DNA from: Blastocladiella emersonii ATCC 22665
Lineage: Eukaryota; Fungi; Blastocladiomycota
NCBI GenBank assembly: GCA_025594325.1
Contig: JANHCV010000006.1
Location: 310,001-374,000, forward strand
Length of the DNA: 64,000 nucleotides
Direction: 5' to 3'
Both the position numbers and the translations under genes were made by a program. Of the stretch, positions 35,677 to 48,090 are shown piece by piece (position 1 is the stretch's first letter; each line of letters starts with the position of its first letter). Under the pieces are notes generated by a model that saw only the letters and a program-made list of their open reading frames with translations, ran no database searches and was not told where the DNA came from.

Positions 35677-36495
35677 GGTGCTTCGTTGCGTTTCTTCTCT
35701 GTGAGGAGGGCGAAGGAGAGAGGGAGAGAGGGCGACGGGCGGGATGAGCGCCGCGCGAACGGGCGGCTGCCGAACGCCCTCGTGTGGCGGCGGTGGCGCC
35801 GCAAAACCGGGCGAAAACCAGGGCGGAAACCGGTCGCGTGAATCTCAGGTGACGGCGGGTTTTCGAGTTTTCGAGAGGAGGTCTCGCAGCAGCTCGAATC
35901 ATCGCCTCCGCCTGGGCCCCTTCGCTCTCGGCCTCGTAAACGGCGCGCTCCCCCGCCCCACACTCCATGCATCGCTGCGCTTCGCTCGCGCAAACCACGT
36001 AACCCGACCCGACCCCGCTGCTGCCCGGACGGATCCGTTGACGGCGCCTCGCCACGCGGTCTCACCCTCGGCTGCCTCCACTGCGCTCGCTCCCCTTGGA
36101 CGGAGGTGCCATTGCTCTGCTTGACGTTCTTGTCAGCGTCCGCTCACGCTCCTGTGCTCCGTAGCATGGTCTGATCCAGGCCGCTTTGCTGTCGACTGCG
36201 CCCGCTCGCGCCCTCGACTGCCCGCGCGCTCCTTCCCTCGCACCGCACCGCGGTGCACGCTCGCTCGCTCGAATTCGCTCGGATCCCCGTCGACTGCCGG
36301 TGGCTACCCCGGCGCGCACCAACGAATGCTTGGGTCTGCGCCTCCGCCGCCATCCCTCGACCATCCCGCCGCTGACGACGACCGCTGTCCGCGTCCGCCC
36401 ATCCCGCCGCTGTTCCCCGTGCTGCCGCTCCGCCGCCGCCCGCACCAGCCGCGCCAACTGCTCGACCTCCGTTGACGCCATCCCCGCGGCCCACC

Positions 36496-39400
36496 ATGTC
36501 CCTCGATGACCGCGCCTTCTACGTCCAGTCGCTCTACTATGGCCAGCACCAGCTCTTCGCCGCCTCCAACGCCAAGGAGCGCACCGCCGCCGCCAAGTCG
36601 CTGCGCACCCTGCTCGCCACCCAGACCCTGTCCCAGGACCGCGTCATCATGGCCTGCTGCCTGCTGCTCTGGCCCGAGGCCTACGACGAGAACGTCTACC
36701 ACCTCGACCTGACCGCTGCCCACCCCTCGCTCGCCCTCCTCATCGAGCCGCAGCCGGCCAGCGCACACTTTAACCTGTACGCGCCGGCCGACTACGCAAA
36801 CGGCGGCGCTGCCGCCAACGGCAACGGCAACGGTAGCAGCAGCGGTACTTCTTCGCCTACCAATGGCAAGAGCGGCAAGGCCAGCAACCGCAACAGCGTC
36901 ATCTCGCTCAACCAGCAGCAGCAGCAGCAGCAGCAGCGCATGACGCCGAGCCTCGCGAGCGAAATGGGCTTCCTCGTCGCGATCCTCGGCTACTACGCCA
37001 TGCAGGTGTCGCGGCACCTCGGCCTGCGGTTCTGCGCGTGGCTCGCTGCCGCCGTGCCCTCCAACACCCAGTTCCGGTCCACGGTCCTCAACATGCTGCT
37101 CGCCCCGCACCACCCGCTCCCGCCGCCGCCGCTCCGCGTCACCGACGCGTACACGTCGATCCTCGCGCCCTTCCTCAACCCGCTCATCGACCTGTGCGTC
37201 GCCACCCTCAACGAGAAGCTCTCGGGCCCGCTCCTCGCTCACCTCGCCATCCATCACTTTGACGCCGCCATGCCGCGCGTCCTCCCCGCCCTCCTCGACG
37301 TCCAGCCGCACGCCCGCGACGCCGTCATCGCCGCCCTCGTCGCGCTCACCTCCCCGAAATACCCCGGCGAGGGACCCGCCGCGCTCGCCCGCATCGTCGA
37401 CTGGACCCTCGACGATCTCGGCGTCCGCGAGATCCGCGCCCAGCTCGAGCCGTTCCAGTCGCCGTCGGCGCGCATCGCCCGCATGCTCAACTCGTCGACG
37501 GTCCGCCTCGCCGCTATCCTGCAGCTGCTCACCGCCATCGTGCACGCCGGCCACGCCGACTTATTGAGCGCCGACGTCGTCCTCCCCTTCCTCGCCGTCG
37601 TCTTCCGCCGCGGGAAAAAGTACTCGGCTTCGGTCCGCTCCGTCCTCGACACGATCCCCGTCGGCGCGTCCCCCGACTGGTGGGTCTCGGTTCACCTCGA
37701 CTACGCCGCGAGTATCATCACGGTCCGGCCCGCGGCCGAGTGGGCGGATACGCTCGCCCGCGTCGTTGGCGGCGAGACCGAGGGCGGCGCCGGCGGCGTG
37801 TCCCCGCGCGCCATCGCCAAGGTCCTCGAGCACCCGGCGTCGCCGCTGTGGCAGCTGCGCCTCAAGTTCCCCAACTCCGAGTCGACGCTCGACGCGCTCG
37901 ACCGCCTGCTCGTCGCCGCCCTGCGCGCACCTGGAGCCGGACCGCACGCCGCCTCGGTCGCTGCGCACCTCCGCGTCGTCATCTCGGGATCGGCCACGCA
38001 TACGATCCAGTCGCCCGCTGCCTACTACGTGCGGCTCGTTCAGTGCGTGCTCGCCGTGTGTGGCGGGACCGCCGGTGACGGTGGGGAGGCCGCGCAGGTC
38101 CTCGAGGTCGTCGGCGGGTCCGGCGAAACCGCCGCCGAGATGCTCGCCATGGTCCTCGACGCGCAGTCGGCCGACGCGCACCTCGTCACGCCCGTCATCA
38201 TGCAGCTGCTCTGCAGCATGCGGTTCACGGCCGAGACCGTCGCGCTGCCCGTCCGCATCGTCGCGACGGCCGACCTGCCCGCCAAGATCCGGCTCGCGGC
38301 CATCGACGTGCTGGTCGCCTCATCGCCTTCGCTCCTCACCGCGCGGCACCTCGACACCGTCGTCAAGGGCACCCTCGGCACCTTCTGCACCATGCCCGTG
38401 CGGCAGCGCCTGCCCGCCGTGTTCGCGGTGGCGGACCCCGCCGAGCTCGGCCGGCTCGCCCCCGAGTCCCGCGACCTGCTCCTCCTCCAGCTCACCGACT
38501 ACGACGACGAGTACGCGCGGGCATGGGTCGACGCCCTCGCGAGGTGCCCCGTCGCGCTCGAGTCGCCGACGCTGCGCGACTTCAAGCGCGACGTGATGCG
38601 GTCGCCGCACACGGGCGCGTTCAGCCAGACGCACTTTGCCGCGGTCCTCAACGACCCGGACCTGACGGCGGCCAAGATGCTGCAGCTGTACCACCTGACG
38701 TCCGGCGGCAAGCCCCTCCCGCCGCCGCTGTTCCGGTCGCGCGAGGCGCTCGAGTTCTACTGCACGTGGGAGGCGGCGCGGTACTGCATCCTGACGCGGT
38801 TCAAGACGCCGATCGGCGCCGCCCCCGCGACGCTCGCCGCCATCGAGGTGCTCGTCCACAAGCGCGTCCGCATCGCCCTGCGCGTCTTCGAGGCGCTCGA
38901 GTGGTGGCTCATTGCCCTCGTCCAAGGGCCCGGCACCTCGGCACTCCCACCCGTCCCGAAAAACATCCAGGGCTTCTTCGCGTCCAACGCCGCCACCATG
39001 AACGAGTGGGTGACCCGCATGCGCCGCGTCGCCGCCCGCGCCGCCGCGCACCACCGCTGGCTCGCCGACTCGGCCCGCCACTCGCTCGAGCTCGTTCGGG
39101 CGACGGGTACCTCACCCCACGCCGCCCGCGCCGACCACCCGCTCCTCGCCCTCCAGCTCGTCCAGCTCGGGCTCGACGATGTGCTCGCCGGGCTCGCGGC
39201 GGCGACGGGTAAGGAGTTCCGCGACGAGCTCATGCTCGCCCGCGGCCAGGTCGAGTCCCTCCGCGCCCGCGACGGCGCCGATCTCGCCCACGTCACGTCG
39301 TCGTACCTCCAGCTCGCCGATTTTAAGGGCATGGACGACTTCTACGCCGCACACCGCGAGGACGCCGGCGACCAGCTGCTCGTCATGCACTACACGATGC

Positions 39401-42313
39401 TGCAGCGCCTGTGCGAGCCCGCGGCGGCGGGTGGCGAGCCAGTGCGCACCGCCGATGTCATGGACCCGTTCCAGTTCTCCTCCCCGCTCGCCCGCGCGCG
39501 GTCGCTGATCGTCGACGGAGCGCCCGTCCGCGTCCTCGGGTTGCTCGAGTCCGCGCTCCCCGCAGACCTCGGCGTGTTCGCCCCGCTCGACACCCTCGAC
39601 CGCGCCCTCCGCGTCGACGTTGGCGGCGGCCGCGACGCGGGGATCGAGCGGTTCGTCCGCGTCCAGCGCAAGCTCGGTAATTTACGGATCGCGCAGGCCG
39701 TCATCGATGCCCGCCCACGCGCATTCCCGCGGGAGGCGATCAAGCTAGCGGCTGCGACGGGTGCGCCAGTCACGGCGGGGATGGTCGCGGCGGAGCCCGT
39801 CACGGTCGCCCGGCTCGTCGCCAAGGGGAAGCTCGACCCCGCGGTGCTCGATGTCGTCGTGATCCAAGCGCGGTTCGCGGTCTCGTATGAGCTCGTCGCC
39901 GAGTTTTGCGGGCTCGACGACGCGGCGCCTGAGCCGATCGCCGGCGCTGATGCGGATGCGGTCGTTCGTGGCCTCCTCTTCACCGGGGTCGCCGAGCGCC
40001 CGAGTGGTGCCGCGGGGTGGCGCCGGCTCGGCGAGTACGCGTTCGACCAACTGCCCAAGCCCGAGTATCTCCTCTCCCCTCTCCCGCCGCTCGCCACCGA
40101 CGAATCCTCGCTCGTGCACAACGCCAAACTCGCCGCGTCCGCGCTCACGCGGTACCTCGAGCTCGTCCCGCCGTCGCGCCACCAGTACCAGGCGCACGCC
40201 GCGGGACTGCAGGTCCTGCACCTCGTCCAGGCGCACGCCGACGCGCTCGCGGACCTCGACCTGCCGCGCGCCCTCGCCGAAACCCAGGGCGAGATGTGGC
40301 GGTTCCTCGTCCCGCAACTCGTCGCGCTGCTCGCGCACCCCAACCCGCTCGCCCACGCCGCCGCCGCCAGCGTCCTCGGCGTCGTCGCCGCGCGCGACCC
40401 CGCCGCGTGCGTGTACCCGCTCGTCGTCGAGGGGCTCCTCCAGCCCGAGAACGCGCTTGCTGCCGCGCTGCTCGCCGGGATGGACCCGCCCGATATGGTC
40501 GACGCCACGCGCGTCCTCGTCCAGCACGCGCAGCGGCTCACGGTCCTGTGGGAGGAGCAGTGGTGGCACGAGCTCACGCGGCTCCAGTCGCAGGTGTTGA
40601 TGAGAGCGGTGACGCAGGCCGAGGCGCTCGCGGCGTTACGTGAGCTCCGCGCCGAGTGTCTCGACTACCCCGCCACGCAGCACGAGGTCCGGTTCCGCGA
40701 CGCGTTCGGGCCCAAGATTGACGCGGCGCTCGAGCAGGCCGAGGCCGCGTTCGCGGCATGGTCGCCGCACACCAACGCCGACGCCGAGGAGGACCCAGCC
40801 GTGTGGCGGCGCGCGGTCCGCAAGCTGTGGGCGCCGCTGCACCCGCTGCTGGCGGCGCTCGGGTCCGCCATCAACCGCGCGCGCACGCTGCGGCTGCACG
40901 AGGTCGAGGTGCTGCACGACCTCGATCTGTCGGCCACGTTCCTGCCGGGCACCAGCGAGCGCATCGCGGGCGTCCACGCCGCGTTCACGGTGCTGCCGAC
41001 CAAGACGAAACCCAAGAAGCTCACGTTCACGGGTGCCGCGGGGAAAGACTCGGCGTACCTGCTCAAGGGGCTCGAGGACCTGCACCTCGACCAGGCCATG
41101 ATGCAGTTCCTCGACGCGGCCAACGCCGTCGTGGCGGGTACGGCTGCACGGGGGAGCGACCCGCGCGTCGCCGCGCTCGCGGCTGTTGGGAGCGGCGGGC
41201 TCGCGCGTAGCTACGCCGTGGTCCCGCTCGGCCGGTCCGGCGGGTTCATCCAGTGGGTCGACGCGGTCCCGGCCTACACGCTGTACAAGCGCGCGTACAT
41301 GGCGACGCACGGCGGCGAGCACCCGCCAAAGCCCGTTGTCGCCTTCAACGCGGCCGCGCACCCGGTCCTCGGTCGGCCTGTTACCCAACAACCGCCGACG
41401 CAGCGGTCGGTCCGCCGCGCGTGTTCGGCGGAACAGCTCCGCGAGGTGCACGCGCGGCTCGTGGCCGGGTCGCCCGCCGACTGGCTGCGCAACGCGCTTT
41501 TTCTGGAAGCGACCTCCGCGGCGGGCATCCTCGCAGCCGCGCGCCGGTTCGCGCACTCGTCGGCGGCCATGGCGGTCGTCGGGTACGTCTTGGGGTTGGG
41601 GGACCGGCACCTCGACAACGTGCTGGTCGACCCGGCCACGGGGCACGTGGTGCACATTGACTACAACATCTGTTTCGACCGCGGGCTTGCGCTGTACGTG
41701 CCCGAGGTGGTCCCGTTCCGGCTCACGCGCAGCTTTGTCGAGGCCATGGGCGGCGCGGCGCTCGGCGTGCGCGGCCCGTTTGCGCAGGCGGCCGAGGTGG
41801 TTTTGGGGTTGCTCGCCAAGTACCGCGGGCTCTTTGCGCGGCTGCTCAAGTCGCTCGTCCTCGACCCGAGCATCGACTGGGAGATGCTCAAGGGCGCCGG
41901 GTCCGGTGCGGCGGCGCCCGGCGGGGGCGACGGTGACGGGGTCAACGGCGAGGACCCGCCCATGGTTGGTACCGAGGAGGGCGGGGACGAGGACGGCGAC
42001 ATGGACCGGCTCACGCAGCCGACACCGTCGGGCGTCGCCGTCAAGCCGATTGCGGCGGCCGCAGCAGACGCGCCGCACGACCGCGGGGTGCGCGTCCTGC
42101 GCAGCCTGTACGCCAAGCTCGACGGGTCCGCGGACGAGGGTCCGGGTGCTGGGTCCAGTGTCGCCGATCGGGTACGCTTCGATTCGACGCGTGCATGCGG
42201 GCGACGACGACTGACTCGATGGCGCGAACATGTAGGTTTCGCGTCTCATTGACGAGGCCATGGACGAGGGCCGGCTCGCGCGCATGTTCGAGGGCTGGAC
42301 GCCGTGGCTCTGA
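36496..42313 (+). CDS. SMG1: PIKK-family Ser/Thr kinase SMG1 (NMD), about 1,920 aa; intron 42172-42235
   Basis: LPTKTKPKKL..YLLKGLEDLHLDQAMMQFL, GYVLGLGDRHLDNVL..HIDYNICFDRG..VPEVVPFRLT. The spliced FATC is EAMDEGRLARMFEGWTPWL. GLEDLHLD, DRHLDN and HIDYN distinguish SMG1 from TOR/ATM/ATR. Confidence 0.85.
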
Positions 42314-42729
42314 GCGCGTGCAAGGCCGGCGGGATCTCGTACCACTACTGCGACTCGCGGGACCGACACGCGCGGCAAGGCCGGCGGCGGCTGCGAACCA
42401 GCATTCAAGTGCCGCACCTGTAAGGCCACGCGCCGAGCGACATCTCGGACGACTCGGACCGTGTCTTTGCCAGCGAGTACCGCGTGTACTCGCCCATGCC
42501 GTCGCCGCACACCATATACGGTTGAATTCTGCGTAAACGCGCCAGTCGTGCCGAATACCGTCGTAAGCGAGTAAGCGGCCTTATCGGATATCATCGCGGG
42601 GCCGTCATACGCGAGCTTATCGGCGCCGCGACCGCGCCTGCGAGACAATATCCGACGCGTCGCGCCACCCACGTGAGCGCGTCGCTTCCCCTGAATCGGG
42701 CGGCGCCGAAACGCGTGCGCGCGCGCGTC

Positions 42730-42783
42730 CCACCGACCCCTGGCGCCCCACCGACCCCTGGCGCCCCACCGACCCCTGGCGCG
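42730..42783. repeat. 18-bp tandem repeat x3 (CCACCGACCCCTGGCGCC)
   Basis: Directly visible about 100 bp upstream of the 42888 ORF. Confidence 0.9.
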
Positions 42784-42887
42784 TCGCGATGGTCGTCGTG
42801 CGCTCGCGCGCGCGCGCCAACGGGCCGCCCCGCCCCGACTCCTGAGGGGGCTAGCCCGCAGCTCATCTCGCACACCTAGCACACACC

Positions 42888-44990
42888 ATGCATCGCGCCG
42901 AGATCGGCGCCCCCGCGCCGCCCCCGCAGTTTGACGCTGGCCAGGCCGTTGCCGCGTTCCGCGCGTTCTCGGACGGCCTCCTGAAGCCGACCACGCGCCG
43001 CGGCTGGCAGCTGGTCCAGTTCGGCTGCTACCTGTGCAACAAGGACGCGTTCGAGCGGCTGATGGCGGTGACCGACGAAGTGCGTCGCCTCGAGGACATG
43101 GACGGCCGGATCTCGCGCGAGCTCTGGGCGTACGAGTCGTCGCCACCGCCCTTGCCATCGCCGTCGCCGTTGCCCGCCGCGGCCCCGGCCCCGGCCCCAG
43201 CCCCGGACGGCGCAGCGCACGCGCCCGCCCTCATCGCCGGGGCCGGGTTGCAGGATGCCCGGCCGCGCTCGCGCAGCCACTCGGCGCCCATGCCGCTCAT
43301 CGGCGCGGTCGGGTTCGAGTTTGCGCACGGGTTTGGGCCCGCACCGCCGCCGCGCAGCCCGGCCGCCAACAAGCTGAAACGACCCATGTTCCCGACAGAC
43401 TCGGACTCGGACTCGGACTCGGACAAGGGCGCCCACGACGACAGCTCGGCCTGCGTGTCGGCCGCGGCGCCGCCCGTGTCGGGCACGCTGGGCGACGGTC
43501 CGACCAGCAACAGCGGCTCGGCAAGCGCGCTCCCTGCGCCGCCATCGGCCCTGTCGGCGGCGACGGCCGCGGCGGCGGATCCCGTCCCGCGCCCTTCCTC
43601 CCCGGCAGCCGGCTCGGCCCACTCGACGCAGCACATCGCGCACCACGCCGAGCCCGCGGCCATCAACGCCGCCGAGGGTACCACCACCACAGCCGCCGCC
43701 GTCCTCCGCTGCACCGCCTGCACCGTCGGCTCGCGTGGCCCGGAGCGGTTTTTCGCGGAACCGCACGCGACGGACAAGTGTCTGCTGATCACCACAAAGG
43801 ACGGGATCGGCTACCTCGCCGAGCAGGTCGCGCGCGGGCTGGAGCAGCTTCGCGGGGTCGATGCCGTTGACCTCGTCCATTTCGGCGGTCCCCTCGGCCC
43901 CGAGAATGCGACTGCGGCTGGGACCCAGATCACCAAGGCCGTGTTCCACAAGGAGCGCACCCCGCTCGTCGAGTACGTGGATCGGGTCGCGGTGCACATC
44001 GAGGAGCTGTCGGCCAAGAACACGGACTACGTTTCGGTCCACGTCGCGCTGCAGGCCCTCGCGCGGCTGCCCATGACCTCGTTCATTCAGGTCGCCAACC
44101 TCAAGTACCTGCTCGACCAGGCGCACCAGCTGTTGCGGCCGCCGTCGGGTTCCTCAAGCACCGAGCCGCCCGCCCCCACTACGCCCGTTCGGGCCCCTAC
44201 TCCGGCCCTGGCCCTCCCCGTACGCCCAAGCGCTAAGCGTGGTGGCCGTGCTTCCCGCGGCCCTGCGTCTCCCGCCGCCGCCGCCGCCGCGGCGTCATCG
44301 TCGTCGCCGACCGCGGCGGCTCGGTCACGCTCCCCGTCGCGCTCGTCAAGTCGTCGTACATTGGGCACCGCGGCAGCTCGGTCACGCTCCCCGTCACGCT
44401 CGTCGTCAAGTCGTCGTACATCGAGCATCACGTTCGCAATGGTGGCGGCGGCCTCGTCGTCGCGCTCGCCGTCCTCGCCGCACCGCGCCCGTCAGCCCGT
44501 GAGCCGCGACCCGCCAGTGCCGCACATCCCGAAGTGGGGCTTTCCCATCTCCCACCGAGGCCCCGCCGCGCCACCAGCAGACGGCGACATGTGCAATTTC
44601 TGCCCGGCACTCGCCGACGCCAACCCCAACCACGGCGGGCCCAACCAGCCGCAGGTGCACCTCGCCGCGACGTGCCCGATCCTGTTGCCGCCGCGCGAGC
44701 TCGCCACGCGCATCGCTGCCTGCATGAATCACCTTCGAGTACGCGTGCCGTCGCACAAGGAGGTCATGGACTCGAGGGGCGAGTGGCTGCTCCAGCTTCT
44801 CGAGACCCTGCACTACGAGATCTCAACGATCACCCCCCTCAACTCGTCCAAGGCCGTGCTGCAGGCGCTCGAGCCGCGGGTGGCGACCGCCGGGATCGGT
44901 GATTTTCTTCGCTTCTACTCGTGCGAGGGGCTGGACTACGTGCCACGCTACCGGCAGCTCTTCTCGCTGATCCGCCAAGCAAAAGCGTAG
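42888..44990 (+). CDS. Uncharacterised 700-aa intronless protein with two CxxC-Xn-H-X4-C modules
   Basis: CTACTV...HATDKC and CNFCPA...HLAATC, each followed by a helical region. Ser/Pro/Ala-rich linkers and an internal tandem duplication of about 57 bp near 44316-44430. Confidence 0.7.
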   Translation: MHRAEIGAPAPPPQFDAGQAVAAFRAFSDGLLKPTTRRGWQLVQFGCYLCNKDAFERLMAVTDEVRRLEDMDGRISRELWAYESSPPPLPSPSPLPAAAPAPAPAPDGAAHAPALIAGAGLQDARPRSRSHSAPMPLIGAVGFEFAHGFGPAPPPRSPAANKLKRPMFPTDSDSDSDSDKGAHDDSSACVSAAAPPVSGTLGDGPTSNSGSASALPAPPSALSAATAAAADPVPRPSSPAAGSAHSTQHIAHHAEPAAINAAEGTTTTAAAVLRCTACTVGSRGPERFFAEPHATDKCLLITTKDGIGYLAEQVARGLEQLRGVDAVDLVHFGGPLGPENATAAGTQITKAVFHKERTPLVEYVDRVAVHIEELSAKNTDYVSVHVALQALARLPMTSFIQVANLKYLLDQAHQLLRPPSGSSSTEPPAPTTPVRAPTPALALPVRPSAKRGGRASRGPASPAAAAAAASSSSPTAAARSRSPSRSSSRRTLGTAAARSRSPSRSSSSRRTSSITFAMVAAASSSRSPSSPHRARQPVSRDPPVPHIPKWGFPISHRGPAAPPADGDMCNFCPALADANPNHGGPNQPQVHLAATCPILLPPRELATRIAACMNHLRVRVPSHKEVMDSRGEWLLQLLETLHYEISTITPLNSSKAVLQALEPRVATAGIGDFLRFYSCEGLDYVPRYRQLFSLIRQAKA

Positions 44991-47833
44991 CCGCGCGCCA
45001 CGACGTAGATGTAGCGTCGTCGTGGTCGCCGCGACTGCGTGACGCACGACTTGTGAATTGGAGGGAAGGGAGGGAGGGAAAGATGGGAAGGGATGACTCG
45101 GTGCTACTATACACTCAATATTCTTGCTTGAACAAGACCCGGCCTGTCCCAGCTGTCTCATTCTTGGATCTCACCTCGACACAATCGAGGGCCAAGGCTG
45201 GACGCGTCGTTCGTCATCTCACTGGTGTGGCGCAACGCATCTCATCAGCGCACGTGTCCGGCACGACCCGCGAGCGAATTGCACTTGAAGCACCGACCGG
45301 AGCGCTTCGCGTTTTATTCTCAATCGAGGGCTAAATCCCGCACCGCATAGGGCACTTGAGCGTCTGAAGAGCGGCAGCGCGCCTGCTTCAAAGGTGCCTC
45401 CGTGATTAAACTCACCCTGTTTTGGTCAGGTTGTCGAGCGCCTTAAGTCGCTCGCTCTTGGCCGCTGCTAGCGGATCGGGCTTCATGGCCTCGAACAAGC
45501 TCTTCGCGATTGACCGGAGCATCCACAGGTTCTTGCATTGTTGGAGCCATGAAAGCGTCGCGTACAAGGGTAAGTCACTCACAAGGCCGTTCCGTGCCTG
45601 CGGGACGCGGATCCGCGCGAGAACAATGTTGTGCTTGAACGCCTTGGACCCCTGTCCACCGCATGACGAAGGCGGGTGTAATCGGGTCCTGCTCGACCGG
45701 CGCAACGGGCGTGGCTTTGAGTTGATACTTCTTCTTCTTCTTCTTCTTGTTGCACTTAATGCCGTTGACGCACACCGGAACCGGTCTGTTTGTCGTACTG
45801 ACGGCTCGCTTTCGAGACAGCGCCCGTCCAGAACGCGGCGAGCCACACCGTCAGATACCTGGCCGTCCGTGCAGGTCGGGGGAGTCACGCAAGTGCAGAT
45901 GCGTGTTGGGCAGCACCCGTCGCGCCTCGTGTCAACGTACGAGATTCTGGCCAAGCCCAAGTTCCTGTAATACACCAAGCTCGAGGGCAAGGTGGCCGAG
46001 TTGACCAAACTACGCAACCGGCCGCGCCAAGAACATCTCGGTTATAGTACGTGGCCACATATCGTTCAGCCTCGTCTGCGTGGCTCGCGCACGGAGAGAG
46101 AGAGAGGCCCTGCTGCCGTCTTTGTGGTCTCGGCAACTGATGTAGCTCAGCTCGACCCGCACGCCCAGCCGCTCTTGCTCGGAAACATGGTCAAGTCGCA
46201 CCGCGCCATGCGGCAGGCCATGGAGCAGCTCAACGTGTGCACGTTCAAGATTTTCAAGTGCGACCTGCTCAACGTGTACACGTACGAGATGTTCAAGCGC
46301 GATATGTCCCTCATGTCGGCGTGGCCGCAGGGCGTGGCGGTGCAGGAGCAGATCCAGCAGCAGCCGTCCTCATCGTTATGATCAGGCAACGTGTTAGGCA
46401 ACGTGTCAGTCATCAAGCAGCAATCCGCTTCATTGTCGACATGGTTGGGTTCCGCGCTGTTGCACCCGCAGCAAAGGTAATTCCAGCAACAGCGCGACGC
46501 CGTTGATAAACCGATCACGTCGTCGTGGCCGGACAGCAACTGCAGGTCGGTCGGCCCAGTGGTGTTGCAGTGCAGCATGTGGCGGCGCCCCAGCAACCCA
46601 AACCGCGCGCAGGTCACCTCACTACCACGACGACGCCGTTGTCAACGACGCCTCCGTCACGCGTCATAGGGACCGCAGCACAGCACGCGCAGTGGCAGTA
46701 GCAGTAGCGCGCGTACACGGGACTGCCGACCCCGTCCAGGCGGAGCACGGGCCAGGCTGACGTTTGCGCTGACAGCGCCGCCACGGCCGCGGTTCATGGA
46801 CGAGATCGTGGTCTCGGATGACTCGGACTTTCCCAGCGACGAGCTCCTGCCTCGGCTGCACCGGGAGTGCATACGTGACGACCTCAAGCATTTGCTGGCA
46901 ACCTCATTGCGCATGTCGGCATCACCTCGGGCCCCGCGGTTCCGGTTCTCACTCAGCAGGTCGCCGTCTCGCCTGCCGGTTTCAGGTCGGCCATCGCTGA
47001 GGTTGTGGCGCAGCGGTCCACAATCAAGCAGCCCGTCCTCGTCAACACGGCCGTCGCTACGCCGTACCCAGCACAAAACCATGTCGCAAGGAGCGCAGGG
47101 CACGCCGCGCACGTCAACATCCAAACGATCATCAACGAACTCACAATTTGATGACGCAATATCATCGCTGCGATCGAATGGCTCAAGGACTGGCAACTCC
47201 TCCTAGGCCGACATCCCCATCAACTACAAACGGCTCAACGCGCTGCCTGACGACGACGGCATGATCCCGCTAACAATCGTGCGTCCGACGCAGGTCTCGA
47301 ACGCCGACGTCTAGTCGAGTCGAGTCGAGTCGACTCGAGTGAGCGCAGTAGCCTCCACGAGGTTAACTTGCAAGTTGAGAACGCGCCTGAACATCCAGCC
47401 GACCGCACGGACGAGCGCGCTGCGCCCTTCAGTGACTGTGGCGCACTCTGAAACAGGGCGAGTCCCGATCAATAATTCGATCACCGGTACTCTGTTTCTA
47501 GCTCTCGGGCGAGCGAGTCGAACGGCGTGCTTCGCAAACTCAGCGACATGAACAGCCCGATCTTCCTGTCGCTGGAGAATTCCATCAAGCGGGGCAAGGT
47601 CCCGCTCATGGCGAGCCTTGGTATCCAGCAGGTTCTGAACTCGCTCGCCTTCGCCGTCCAGCGAGTGCAGGAGACAATTCACCGCCGTGTGCCTTCCGAC
47701 ATTGTTTCCGTACAGTATCTGCTACCTTGCAAGCAAGCCGGGATCGTGGCGCGAAGCTGTCTGCGTGTTCCTGCTCAACTCCGATCGTCGCTTCGCCAGA
47801 CGCCATCACTGAACCGTGCCCCAGCCATTTGAA

Positions 47834-48090
47834 GTGGATCCACCCTGGATCCAGCCGTGGACATGATGGACCTCGGGGGAATGTGGATCCCGATATTACT
47901 TTTCTGGATCAAGCGTGGATCCAGCTTGGGCGAGCTGGATCCACCCGCAAACCGTGCGGACCTCTCAGATGGATCCAGCTTTTGGTCAAGGTGGATCTCG
48001 AGCTTGATCCAGCAATGAATTCGCCTCGCCTCAGCGTGGATCACGCCAGGGATCAAGGCGTCGCTCACGGCTCAATACATCCGGATCCAG
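47834..48090. repeat. GATC-palindrome array, 12 sites (consensus about STKGATCMAS); mirrored at 63277-63533
   Basis: Counted directly: GTGGATCCAC, CTGGATCCAG, CTGGATCAAG, etc. Confidence 0.9.

Noticed and set aside
42868-42880. CACACCTAG resembling the Helitron 3' end at 52962-52970 (also CACCTAG on the - strand at 60071-60077)
   Set aside because: Not followed by T, with no matching subterminal repeat or correctly placed hairpin.
45412-47310. Coding-like fragments (45422-46381, 45412-45775, 46796-47206) as a Helitron Rep or transposase
   Set aside because: No HUH, DDE or RT motifs are discernible. Probably degraded coding DNA, but it cannot be assigned.
47834-48090. GATC arrays as a CRISPR array or bacterial oriC
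   Set aside because: No constant-length repeat/spacer periodicity, no cas genes, no DnaA boxes or AT-rich unwinding element, and the context is intron-containing eukaryotic DNA.
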